A DNA stretch of 64,000 nt from positions 1,138-65,137 of the forward strand of contig JAVJRZ010000012.1 of the NCBI GenBank assembly GCA_040219675.1, read 5' to 3'. Shown here piece by piece: positions 1 through 8,752 of the stretch; positions within the stretch are counted from its first letter, which is position 1; every line of letters begins with the position of its first letter. The notes under the pieces were generated by a model. That model was not told the origin of the DNA, did not search any database, and was given only the letters and a program-made list of their open reading frames with translations. This DNA is from Phycisphaerales bacterium. GTDB taxonomy: Bacteria > Planctomycetota > Phycisphaerae > Phycisphaerales > UBA1924. A program made the position numbers and the translations under genes.

Positions 1-1227
1 GGCTTCGACACGGACGACGTCTTCATCGCCGCCATGGACCGCGGAGAGTGCGCGGTCTTCGCGGAAAGCGGCATCATGAACAACGGCCAGACCATCCTCG
101 TGATCCCGCGCAAGTTCGGCACGACGCTCACGGACATCCACGCCGGCGGCCGGCCCGACGAGAGCGACATCACCATCATCCGCATGAACGGGCTGGACGT
201 GCCCGATCCCTGCTTCCAGATGCTCGCCGTGCAGGAGCCCTACGAGCAGTACGACAACGTCACGCTGTTCATCAGCACCGACGGGGCGCAGTGGGTGTTG
301 GGCTCGGCCAACAACATCCAGGCCATCCGCCTCCGCGGTGTGTTCCGCGATGCCAGCGGGACGCTGCAGGTTCGCCAGAGCCTGGAAGAGCCCTCGCCCG
401 CCGTGTTCCGGTTGGACGACGCGGACATCCCCGCGGGCTTCGATGATCTGGTGCCGAGTTTCGGCTTCGCCAACCCGCCGACGATCTATCCCGAAGCACC
501 CAGCTTCGACCCGACGGTCGACAACGGCGCCTTCCACACCGCCCTGCTGACCGAGGACAACCAGGGCAACGCCCGGGTCTTCGCGGCCCACGCCGCGCTC
601 AAGGGTGACCGCTGGGCGGTGCAGTGGTACGTGATCGATCCGAAGCTCAACCAGTTCCATACGACCACGATCCCCTCGGACGACTGGAACCCCGAGATCG
701 TGGCGGTCGGCCGCATCACCACCGATGGCGCGGCCGAGCCGACCACGGGCGACTGCTATCACCCCGTGCTGGGCGTGACGCGCAGCGGGCGGGTGTTCAT
801 CGAGTACACGTTCTCCAACGGCACGACCGACCAGCGCATCCTGCGAGCCCAGATCAGCAACACGTACACGGCCGTGGGCACGACGGCGACCTTGCAGGCA
901 GGCCCCTCCAGCGGCTACGGCGCGCTGGACGACCGCTGGGCGCTGTACGCCGACATGCAGACCGACCCGACCGGCTGCACCCTGTGGTCAACGCACACGC
1001 TGGTGGACAACGCCATGAAGCGCGACGTGTGGCTGTTCTCCAACCCCTTCAACTGCTTCACGACCGATCTGAACGCCAGCGAGAGCACGAACCTCTACGA
1101 CATGGCGATCTATAGCGACCTGTTCCTGCAAGGCCACCGCAGGGCCGACACCGACGCCGACGACGTGGTCGACGCCGGCGACATGGCGACGTTCATCGAC
1201 GCGTACAACGACGCGACCGGGCCGTAA
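1..1227 (+). CDS. Secreted/surface hypothetical protein with a C-terminal tandem dockerin/EF-hand-like Asp-rich module. 5' partial.
   Basis: Frame 1 is open from base 1 (GFDTDDVFIAA precedes the first ATG at 34), so the true start is probably upstream. Third-position GC is coding-like. The C-terminus carries two similar Asp-rich segments, DLNASESTNLYDMAIYSDLF and DTDADDVVDAGDMATFIDAY. Confidence 0.6.
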   Translation, partial: GFDTDDVFIAAMDRGECAVFAESGIMNNGQTILVIPRKFGTTLTDIHAGGRPDESDITIIRMNGLDVPDPCFQMLAVQEPYEQYDNVTLFISTDGAQWVLGSANNIQAIRLRGVFRDASGTLQVRQSLEEPSPAVFRLDDADIPAGFDDLVPSFGFANPPTIYPEAPSFDPTVDNGAFHTALLTEDNQGNARVFAAHAALKGDRWAVQWYVIDPKLNQFHTTTIPSDDWNPEIVAVGRITTDGAAEPTTGDCYHPVLGVTRSGRVFIEYTFSNGTTDQRILRAQISNTYTAVGTTATLQAGPSSGYGALDDRWALYADMQTDPTGCTLWSTHTLVDNAMKRDVWLFSNPFNCFTTDLNASESTNLYDMAIYSDLFLQGHRRADTDADDVVDAGDMATFIDAYNDATGP

Positions 1228-1262
1228 GCCGCTCCGCCATCCGACAGATCGATTGCGCCACC

Positions 1263-1280
1263 GGCCCGCCCTCGCGGGCC
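1263..1280 (+). terminator. GC-rich hairpin in the convergent gap between the first CDS and the MFS gene; possible terminator
   Basis: GGCCCGC-CCTC-GCGGGCC is a perfect 7-bp stem read directly from the sequence. The downstream T-tract is weak (AGTTCTC). Confidence 0.3.
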
Positions 1281-1445
1281 AGTTCTCGCGTGCTCGACGA
1301 CTCAATAGACCACCGCCCAGAGCCCAGACACTCCACCCCCCACCATCGCTACGAACGGGGGCAGCAACCACAGCGCGACCCGGCCCACGCGGCCGATCGC
1401 GTCGTCGGGGTTGGGCGTGCCAACCGCGCGGCGTTGGCCGGGCCC

Positions 1446-2789
1446 CTAGGCCACCCGCTCGGACGGCAACGCCCCCGGCGCGACCGGCCGCTTGAGCGTC
1501 AGGCTCGCCAGCGCGAGGGCCACGGCGAGCGCCGCGCACGCGGCCAGGCCGATCGTGAACGAGCCCGTAAAGTCCAGGCTCACCCCCAGCACAACAGGGC
1601 CCAGCCCCGTGCCCGCCACGCCCAGGAACGTCGTGAAGCCGCGGATCGCCCCGTGGTGGCGGCGGCCGAAGTAGCGGGCGATCGTGGGCACCCCCACCGC
1701 CGAGCCGATGGCCATCGCCACGCCGTACACCGCCATCGCCGAACATAACAAAACCACCGAGTCGGCGAAGACGACGATCGCCGGGCTGGCGGCCATGAGC
1801 AGGCCCGCCAGGCACAACAGGCCGCGCGGCGGCAGGCGGTCGCTCAAGCGCCCGAAGGGCAGCACGAACACGGCGACGGCCAGGGCCCAGCTCGTGCTCA
1901 TCGCCGCCGACATCGTGGGATCGAGCCCGCGGGCGATCAGGATGGGTTGGCTGTGGAAGAGCAGGGCCGTGCCGGTGAAGCCGCTCAGGACCGTGGCGCC
2001 CGCGACGATCCAGAAGGCGCGGGTGGCCAGGGTCTGCTTGAGCGTGAACGCGGGGTCCACGTGGCGGGGAACACCGGTTGCCTCCGATCCGCCCTGACCC
2101 GAAAGGATCGGCCCCTGGCCGTCGCCGTCCTCTGGATCCCCATCGATCTGCTGGCCGAGTTCCTCTGGCCGATCGCGCAGCACGAACGCGGCGAGCGGCA
2201 AGACAACCAGCCACACCAGGACGCCCAGCACCGCGTAGGCGGCGCGCCAGTCGAGCCATCCGATGAGCCAGATCGCCAGCCAGGGCGAGGCCATGAAGCC
2301 CACCTGGGCGAAGACCATCTTCACGCCGTTGACCGTGCCCAGCTTGCGCTCGTACCACAGGGCCAGGACGTGGCCGCTGAGCATGGAAAGGGAACCCTGC
2401 CCCAGGAACCGCAGGCAGAAGAAGCACAGCGTCAGCACCACCAGCGAGCGGGCCTGCCCGGCGGCGATGCACGCCAGGCCGAACAGCAGCGCGACGACGA
2501 ACATGACGCGGCGCGGGCCGAACTTGTCGGCGACCGAGCCCACCAGCGTGAGGGGCATGGCCGCCGTGACGGTGCCGATGAGGTACGCCGTGCTGAGCGC
2601 GGTGGCGCTCAGCCCAAGGGTGCTTGTGAACGACTCGTTGAACTGGCTGACGACGACCGTCTGCCCCGGCGCGCTGGCGATCAGGGCGACGGTGCACGCC
2701 GCGGCGATGATCGGGCCATGAAACCGCGGGCCGCGGGAGGCGCTCGGCCGCTCGGCGTCCAGGCGAGGGTCGTTCGTGTCGGCTGGCAT
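1446..2789 (-). CDS. MFS transporter
   Basis: 447-aa ORF with about 12 hydrophobic segments. It has an MFS-like loop motif after TM2 (GSVADKFGPRRVM) and a central hydrophilic loop. It starts 12 nt after the ftsK stop. Confidence 0.75.
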   Translation of the reverse strand: MPADTNDPRLDAERPSASRGPRFHGPIIAAACTVALIASAPGQTVVVSQFNESFTSTLGLSATALSTAYLIGTVTAAMPLTLVGSVADKFGPRRVMFVVALLFGLACIAAGQARSLVVLTLCFFCLRFLGQGSLSMLSGHVLALWYERKLGTVNGVKMVFAQVGFMASPWLAIWLIGWLDWRAAYAVLGVLVWLVVLPLAAFVLRDRPEELGQQIDGDPEDGDGQGPILSGQGGSEATGVPRHVDPAFTLKQTLATRAFWIVAGATVLSGFTGTALLFHSQPILIARGLDPTMSAAMSTSWALAVAVFVLPFGRLSDRLPPRGLLCLAGLLMAASPAIVVFADSVVLLCSAMAVYGVAMAIGSAVGVPTIARYFGRRHHGAIRGFTTFLGVAGTGLGPVVLGVSLDFTGSFTIGLAACAALAVALALASLTLKRPVAPGALPSERVA

Positions 2790-2801
2790 CAGGCGGGGAG
2801 T

Positions 2802-5800
2802 TTAGCGGCGACGCTTGCCGGCCGCCCGCTTCGAGGCGTTCGCGGGCCGGGTCTCGACCTTGGGCGGGTCGGGCTCGAAGGGCGGTTCTTCGTCTTCGGC
2901 CTCGTCCTCGTCTTCGTCTTCCTCATCGACGCCTTCTTCCTCGTCCTCTTCGGCTTCGTCCTCTTCGGCTTCGTCCTCTTCGTCGTACTCTTGCTCGTCT
3001 ACCTCTTCATCGTCCTCGTATTCTTCGTCCGCGTCTTCCTCGTCGTCGGCGTCTTCGTCTTCCCCGTCCTCGTCTTCGTCGTACTCCTCGTCCTCTTCGC
3101 CTTCCTCGTCGGTCTCGTCGTCGTCGAACTCGTCCTCGTCTTCTTCGTCCTCGTCTTCTTCGTCCGCGTCTTCTTCGCTCTCGTCGTCGGACCCTTCTTC
3201 GACGTCCTCGTCTTGCTCGTCTTGCTCGGGCCCGTCGTCTTCGCGCAGGTCGTCCTCGTGCATGTCGTCGACGTTGCCGACCACCTCAACCTCGACGCTC
3301 GCCTCTTCTTCGAACGGCTCGTCCTCGAATCCGGCCAGATCGTTGTCGTCGGGGTCCCTGGCGGCGTCCTTGGCGGCGATCTCTTTCATCGCCGCCCATT
3401 CTTCGGCGGTGATCTTCACGTCGCGGGCCACGCTGCCCTTGTGGTCGCTGATGACCCCGGCGATGCCCATGAGGTCGATCAATCGGCTGGCGCGCGTGTA
3501 GCCGATGGCAAGCCGACGCTGCAAGAGGCTCACGCTGCCGCGCTTGCTCTCGAGCACGATGTCCACGGCGCGATCGAACAGCGGGTCTTTCAGAGCCCTT
3601 CGCAGGCTCGCGGAATTGTTGTTGGCGCTTTGCAACAAGCGATCGTCGTCGGTGAGCGCCCCCTCGGGCTGGCCGAGCTGCATGATCTGCCGCTCGTACG
3701 TCGGCCCGCTGACTTCTCTGACGAACTTCACGACGCGGCGGATCTCGATGTCGTCGACCAAGGTGCCCTGGCTGCGCATCAGCTTGTGGTTGCTGGGGCT
3801 GAGGAACAGCATGTCGCCCTGGCCCAGCAACAGCTCGCCGCCCTTCTGGTCCAGGATGATGCGGCTGTCCAGCCCGCTGGCGACCTTGAACGTGATCCGG
3901 CAGGGCATGTTGCCCTTGATCAGCCCCGTCACGACATTGGCCTGCGGCCGCTGCGTCGCCAGGATGAGGTGGATGCCCACCGCACGCGCCTTCTGCGCGA
4001 TGCGCACGATGGCGCCCTCGACCTCCTTGTTGGTCATCATCAGGTCGGCCAGCTCGTCGATGATGAAGACCATATACGGCAGCTTGCGCGGCACCCGCGC
4101 GGCCTGCTCGTCGGTCTCGTAGCCCAGCCGCTCCTTGATCTCTTCCCAATCGAGGTCGTTATAACTCGAGATATCCCGGCAGCCGGCCTCGGCCAGCAGC
4201 TCGTACCGCTCGTCCATCTTGGTGACGGCCCACTCCAGGATCGCCGCCGCCTTGTGCATCTCGGTCACCACCGGGCACATCAGGTGTGGGATGTCCTTGA
4301 ACTGGCTCATCTCGACCATCTTGGGGTCGACCAGGACCAAGCGAAGCTCGTTGGGCTTCTTGGTGTACAGGAAGCTCATGATGATCGTGTTCATGCACAC
4401 CGACTTACCGCTGCCCGTCGTGCCGGCGATGAGCACGTGGGGCATCTTGGTCAGGTCGGCGATCAGTGGCTCGCCGCTGGCATCCTTGCCCAGGAACATC
4501 GGCAGCTTCATGCCCTGGAACTTCTCGGGCCGGCCCATGAGCTCCTTCAGCCGCACCTTCTCCTTGGTGGGGTTGGGCACCTCGATGCCCACCGTATCGC
4601 GCCCAACCTGGTTGGCCACGATGCGCACGTTCACCGCCTTGAGCGCACGCGCGATGTCGCTGGCGACCACGTTCAGTTGGTTGACCTTCGTGCCCGGCGC
4701 CAGCCGCACGTCGTACAGCGTGATGACCGGCCCGCTCTCGATGCCCACGACCTCGCCCTTGATGCGGTACTCGTGCAGGGCGCGCTCCAACGCCTCGGCC
4801 CCCTCACGCACCATCTCGTCGAGCTTGTCGTTGAAGTCTTCTTCGGGCTCTTCGAGCAGCTCCAGGCTGGGGAAGCGGTAGCCCTCGATCGACACGCCCT
4901 GCAGGTCGCGCAGGTCCTCTTCCTTGGCCACCGACCGATTCTGGCTGGCGAACAGCACCGGCATCTTGCTGATCTTCTCGCGCAGGCGGTCCTCGTTGAA
5001 CACCTGCGGCGCGCCCACCTCGTCGTCGTCTTCTTCGAGCTGATCATCCTCGGCAACGAGCTCTTGGTCTTCTTCCTCGTCGTCGGTTTCGTCCAGCTCC
5101 TCTTCGTAGTCTTCCTCGTCGGGGTCGACCTCGTCGTAGTCCTCGTCGTACTCCTCTTCCAGGTCTTCCTCGTCTTCGTCCTCACCGGCATCCGTTGGGA
5201 TGTCCTTCTCGATACGCTTGGCCCTCGCCTCGGCCTTCTTGCGTTTCTCGACCTTCGGCTTCATCCGCTCGTCGTCGTCCAGGTCGTTGGCCCGAACCGG
5301 CACGCGCTTCACCGGCTTGAGCCGTTCGGCCAGGTCAACGAACCACGCCCCGATCGCCGGAAGCACGCCACGGATCGAGCTCGCCCCGCCGCCCGCGGTG
5401 CGCCCGAGCCAGCCGGCCTGGCGCAGCAGCCCCGCGCCGGCGGGCACCAGCCAGCGGTCGTACGCGACGATCACGCCGATGGTCGCCGCCACCAGCATCC
5501 ACAGCAGCGTGCCCGCGACGTTGAAGTGCTCGCGCAGCTCCGCCGAGCCCACAAAGCCCACCACCCCACCGGGCAGGTCGGGCAGCCGCGCGGTTCCGGG
5601 CATGAGCAAGGCCTGCACGCCGGCCGCCGCAACGGCAACGACCAGCACGCCGACGATGCGCACCAGCGGGTGATCGACCCGTGCGCCGCCAAAGTGCAGG
5701 CAGATCAGCACCACCAGCCCGGCCAGGAACGCCCACGCCCCCAGCCCCAGCGTGTAGTACGACCAGTACGCCACCAGAGCGCCGATGCCGCCCATCCAAT

Positions 5801-5972
5801 TCGCCGCCGGCTCGTTGGGCGGCCAGGCGGCAAACCCGGGAGGGTCGGCCGCGTCGAAGCCCAGCAGGCTCGCCACGACGAACAGCCACAGCGCGGCGAC
5901 CACCAGCCACGCAATCCAGCGTAACACCGGGGCCATCGAGGCCCCATCGTCATCCGTGACCCGAGATGCCAT
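2802..5972 (-). CDS. ftsK: DNA translocase FtsK/SpoIIIE with an acidic linker and a long polyacidic C-terminal tail
   Basis: N-terminal TM helices; Walker A GTTGSGKSVCMN; Walker B-like FIIDELADLM; gamma winged-helix SLLQRRLAIGYTRASRLIDLMGIAGVIS. About 200 mostly D/E residues follow, ending in KRAAGKRRR. Confidence 0.93.
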   Translation of the reverse strand: MASRVTDDDGASMAPVLRWIAWLVVAALWLFVVASLLGFDAADPPGFAAWPPNEPAANWMGGIGALVAYWSYYTLGLGAWAFLAGLVVLICLHFGGARVDHPLVRIVGVLVVAVAAAGVQALLMPGTARLPDLPGGVVGFVGSAELREHFNVAGTLLWMLVAATIGVIVAYDRWLVPAGAGLLRQAGWLGRTAGGGASSIRGVLPAIGAWFVDLAERLKPVKRVPVRANDLDDDERMKPKVEKRKKAEARAKRIEKDIPTDAGEDEDEEDLEEEYDEDYDEVDPDEEDYEEELDETDDEEEDQELVAEDDQLEEDDDEVGAPQVFNEDRLREKISKMPVLFASQNRSVAKEEDLRDLQGVSIEGYRFPSLELLEEPEEDFNDKLDEMVREGAEALERALHEYRIKGEVVGIESGPVITLYDVRLAPGTKVNQLNVVASDIARALKAVNVRIVANQVGRDTVGIEVPNPTKEKVRLKELMGRPEKFQGMKLPMFLGKDASGEPLIADLTKMPHVLIAGTTGSGKSVCMNTIIMSFLYTKKPNELRLVLVDPKMVEMSQFKDIPHLMCPVVTEMHKAAAILEWAVTKMDERYELLAEAGCRDISSYNDLDWEEIKERLGYETDEQAARVPRKLPYMVFIIDELADLMMTNKEVEGAIVRIAQKARAVGIHLILATQRPQANVVTGLIKGNMPCRITFKVASGLDSRIILDQKGGELLLGQGDMLFLSPSNHKLMRSQGTLVDDIEIRRVVKFVREVSGPTYERQIMQLGQPEGALTDDDRLLQSANNNSASLRRALKDPLFDRAVDIVLESKRGSVSLLQRRLAIGYTRASRLIDLMGIAGVISDHKGSVARDVKITAEEWAAMKEIAAKDAARDPDDNDLAGFEDEPFEEEASVEVEVVGNVDDMHEDDLREDDGPEQDEQDEDVEEGSDDESEEDADEEDEDEEDEDEFDDDETDEEGEEDEEYDEDEDGEDEDADDEEDADEEYEDDEEVDEQEYDEEDEAEEDEAEEDEEEGVDEEDEDEDEAEDEEPPFEPDPPKVETRPANASKRAAGKRRR
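2941..2980. repeat. Tandem 15-nt repeat (CGGCTTCGTCCTCTT, about 2.7 copies) inside the ftsK acidic tail
   Basis: Read directly: tcgtcctctt / cggcttcgtcctctt / cggcttcgtcctctt. It encodes EEDEA-type repeats on the minus strand. Confidence 0.85.
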
Positions 5973-6038
5973 GGACCAACGGTATCGGCTTGCCGGGCCA
6001 AAGCCCGGCAGGAAAGCCCATCATCCAAGAACGGGCCC

Positions 6039-7778
6039 TCAAGCCGCGCGGGTCGGGCCCGCCGGCTTCTGCGAGGGCTGGGCCTTCGAAGGCTGGCCAG
6101 GCCGAGCCGATTGCTGCCCACCCGAGCCGTCGCCCGAGCCCGCCTCAAACTCGGCGGCGGAGTTAGCCTCGGCTTCGGCATCGGCGGCCGGGTCCACCCA
6201 TTGGCCGTTCACCAGCCTGGCCACGCCCAGCGGGTTGCCCAGCCGAAGCTCCTTGGGTAGCACGGCCTCGGGCGCGTTCTGGTACGACACCTCACGCAGC
6301 CACCGCTCGGCGGCGTCGGGCCCCACGGACGTAAACGGATTGCCGACGGCGGCCGGGTAGATGCCCCCGTGCACCAGCGAGGGGCACAGTTCCAGCCCCG
6401 TGGGCGTCGCATTGAACACCAGCCGGCCCACCCGATGCTCCAGCGTGGCCGCCAGGCGGCGACCCACGTTGCCATCGGTCGTCCCCATCCAGATCGACCC
6501 GGTCACCGCCCCGCCGATCGCGGCGGCCGCCCCCAGCATCTGCGCCGGGTCATCGGCCATCACCAGCAGCATGGCCGGCCCGAAGACCTCTTCGTGTAGC
6601 GTTCGGTCGCGCATGAAGACGTCGGCCGAGCATCGCAGCAGGCAGCCGTGCACCGGCGGCGTGGGCCCATCGCCCACCGAAGGCCCGTGGAAGCTCCCAC
6701 CCTCGAGCCGCACGCCCTTGAGGTCAAGGCATCGCTCGACCGACCTCAGGTACCGCGCGCACTGCCCGGCGCTGCGCATCTTCGCCGCGGGCAACTGATC
6801 GAACAGCGACGCCAACTGGCGGGCGAACACCTCGCCCTCGGCCCCGCGCTGCACCACCACCACACTCGGCCTTGTGCACGTCTGGCCCGCCACGTTCGTG
6901 CAAGACTGGAACAACCGCTCGGCGATCGTGTCGCCACCGGCTTCCAGCGCGCCCGGCAGCACGAACACCGGGTTGATCGTGCCCACGTTGGCCGAAAGGC
7001 GTGTCCCCGGCGCGTGCTGGGCGACCATGGCCGCGATCGCATCGGCGCCCTCGCGCGAGCCCGTGAAGGCCACGCCCCGAACGCACGGATGGCCCACCAG
7101 CGCCAGGGCCACCTCCGCCTGCGAGGGCTCATCGGCGTGCAGGAGCGTGATGAACCCATCGGGCGCACCGGCGGCACGCCCCACGTCCAACGCGGCGCGA
7201 GCGAGCGTGGCATCGGTCAGCGGGTGCGACGGATGGCTCTTGCAGATGATCGGGCAACCGGCCGCCAGAGCCGATGCCGCATCGGCCCCAAGCGCCCCTC
7301 CGGTCAGCGGCTGGTTGGCCGGGCCGAAGATCGCCACGGGTCCGATCCCACGCCGCACCCGACGCAGGTCGGGCTTGGGCAGCGGCCGGCGGCTCGGCTC
7401 GGCCGTATCGATGCTCGTCCGATCCAGCCCGCGCGAACGAACCACCCCAGCGAACATCTTGAGCGTTTGGATCAAGCGCTCGCGCTCGGCCACGATGCGG
7501 ACCTTGCTGAAGCCCGTCTCGCTCGCCGCCAGGCTCGTGAGGTCATCCCCAAGATCGCGCACACCCGCGGCGATGCGCTCGAGCAGCGCCGCGCGGTCGT
7601 TGGCGTCCAGGTCCAGCATGCCGTGGTACGCGACCCAGGCGGCCTGCGCGGCGGCGGACACATCAGTAACCGACGCCGACTCGATCGCCGGACCGTACGT
7701 GGAACCAGTCGCAGGATTCACGGAGCGAAACTGTCGGCCAGGCTGGGCATCCGAAGGGCGAAACGCATCGGGCACCAT
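6039..7778 (-). CDS. NAD(P)+ aldehyde dehydrogenase, alpha-ketoglutaric semialdehyde (2,5-dioxovalerate) dehydrogenase-like
   Basis: ALDH motifs are present: AFTGSREGA, catalytic Cys context VAGQTCTRPS, and N-terminal SVNPATG. I chose the ATG at 7778 (MVPDAF) because the longer ORF, which runs to 7913, would run through the terminator of the upstream gene. The C-terminal 50 aa are a low-complexity A/E/G/S/P/Q extension. Confidence 0.85.
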   Translation of the reverse strand: MVPDAFRPSDAQPGRQFRSVNPATGSTYGPAIESASVTDVSAAAQAAWVAYHGMLDLDANDRAALLERIAAGVRDLGDDLTSLAASETGFSKVRIVAERERLIQTLKMFAGVVRSRGLDRTSIDTAEPSRRPLPKPDLRRVRRGIGPVAIFGPANQPLTGGALGADAASALAAGCPIICKSHPSHPLTDATLARAALDVGRAAGAPDGFITLLHADEPSQAEVALALVGHPCVRGVAFTGSREGADAIAAMVAQHAPGTRLSANVGTINPVFVLPGALEAGGDTIAERLFQSCTNVAGQTCTRPSVVVVQRGAEGEVFARQLASLFDQLPAAKMRSAGQCARYLRSVERCLDLKGVRLEGGSFHGPSVGDGPTPPVHGCLLRCSADVFMRDRTLHEEVFGPAMLLVMADDPAQMLGAAAAIGGAVTGSIWMGTTDGNVGRRLAATLEHRVGRLVFNATPTGLELCPSLVHGGIYPAAVGNPFTSVGPDAAERWLREVSYQNAPEAVLPKELRLGNPLGVARLVNGQWVDPAADAEAEANSAAEFEAGSGDGSGGQQSARPGQPSKAQPSQKPAGPTRAA

Positions 7779-7898
7779 CGAGTGAAAGACCGATCCCTTG
7801 GATCCGTTCGCATCGCCATCCCGGTCTGGAGCGTTCGCAGCCACGCCCAGAGCATCGTCGTTCCCGGGCCTGCACTTCAGTTCTTCAGCCCGATAAGC

Positions 7899-7930
7899 AC
7901 AAAACAAAAGCACCCCCGCGCTGTGCGGGG
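7899..7930 (-). terminator. Rho-independent terminator of the PEP-CTERM gene
   Basis: On the minus strand: CCCCGC-acagc-GCGGGG followed by GTGCTTTTGTTTTGT. It lies 34 nt after the stop at 7964. Confidence 0.7.
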
Positions 7931-7963
7931 TTGCTCAGGAGTCGGAGAGCGTGGTGCGAACGC

Positions 7964-8548
7964 TTAGCGGCGGCGGCGGGCGGCAGCCAAGCCACCGAGG
8001 CCCAGCAGGGCCAGGGATGCCGGAGCCGGGATCACCTCAACCTGACCGGCAGCCTCGAGCACCGTGCTGGTGACGTCGCTGCTCAGGCCGGTGTCGTCCA
8101 CATACAGGTTGTACCGCGTGGTCTCGGTCGCCAGATCCACCGTGCGGGCGGTGAAGTCGGTCGTGCTCCACGTGGCCGACCAGATCAGCACCGGGTCGCT
8201 GGTGTCGGCAAAGAGCCCACCGGCGGGGAACTGGAGCTGGCCCGTCACGATGTCGGTGACGTCGCCACCGCTGATCACGCCGTTCTCCTGGCCGGGATCG
8301 GTAAAGGCCGAAGCCGGGCCGGTGAACTCGCCCGTCGCGTCGCCGGTGATGGCCCACTCGGCCGCCGCAAACGCGTAGAACAGGTCAGAATCCCAGGAGG
8401 CCCACACTTCGACCGTGGCCGAGGGGCTGCTGGGGCTCACCGGGTTGCTCACCCGGATCTCATAGGTGTTGGGGCTCACGGTGGCGGAAGCCATCGTGGC
8501 GACCCCCAGAGCAGCGCCCGCGAACGCGGCAATCGTCATCTTGGTCAT
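7964..8548 (-). CDS. PEP-CTERM (PAP variant) sorting-domain surface protein
   Basis: The ATG at 8548 (MTKMTIAAFAGAALGVATMASA signal peptide) is preceded by AGGAGAG. The C-terminus is VIPAPASLALLGLGGLAAARRRR: a Pro motif, a TM helix and an Arg cluster. Confidence 0.8.
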   Translation of the reverse strand: MTKMTIAAFAGAALGVATMASATVSPNTYEIRVSNPVSPSSPSATVEVWASWDSDLFYAFAAAEWAITGDATGEFTGPASAFTDPGQENGVISGGDVTDIVTGQLQFPAGGLFADTSDPVLIWSATWSTTDFTARTVDLATETTRYNLYVDDTGLSSDVTSTVLEAAGQVEVIPAPASLALLGLGGLAAARRRR

Positions 8549-8624
8549 GTCTCGTCTCTCCTGAAGACGGGGTGAACGAATCTCTCCTGAGCAAAGATAC
8601 CACAAACCGGGCAGTTCAATCAAC

Positions 8625-8652
8625 CCTTTTTCCGGGAATGCAAGGAAAAAGG
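8625..8652. promoter_or_regulatory. Perfect 9-bp inverted repeat in a divergent promoter region
   Basis: CCTTTTTCC-N10-GGAAAAAGG sits in the lower-GC gap between the PEP-CTERM gene and comM. Confidence 0.3.
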
Positions 8653-8752
8653 CCAAAAAAATCCGCACTTTCCGGACGACCGGGACGACCCCTACAGAAC
8701 CGACAGCCCCATCAGCCATCCAGCAGGACCTACGCGGCTATCCTCCGCACCG

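Noticed and set aside
1947-5924. 1,325-aa plus-strand ORF, the longest in the region
   Set aside because: It is exactly antisense to ftsK. Its product is low-complexity (runs of V/L/F mirroring the D/E tail, and R/G/A/H/Q-rich elsewhere) and has no motifs. It is a typical shadow ORF in high-GC DNA.
7779-7913. N-terminal 45-codon extension of the aldehyde dehydrogenase ORF
   Set aside because: It would read through the hairpin and T-tract terminator of the upstream PEP-CTERM gene (7899..7930). The ALDH homology begins just after the internal ATG at 7778.
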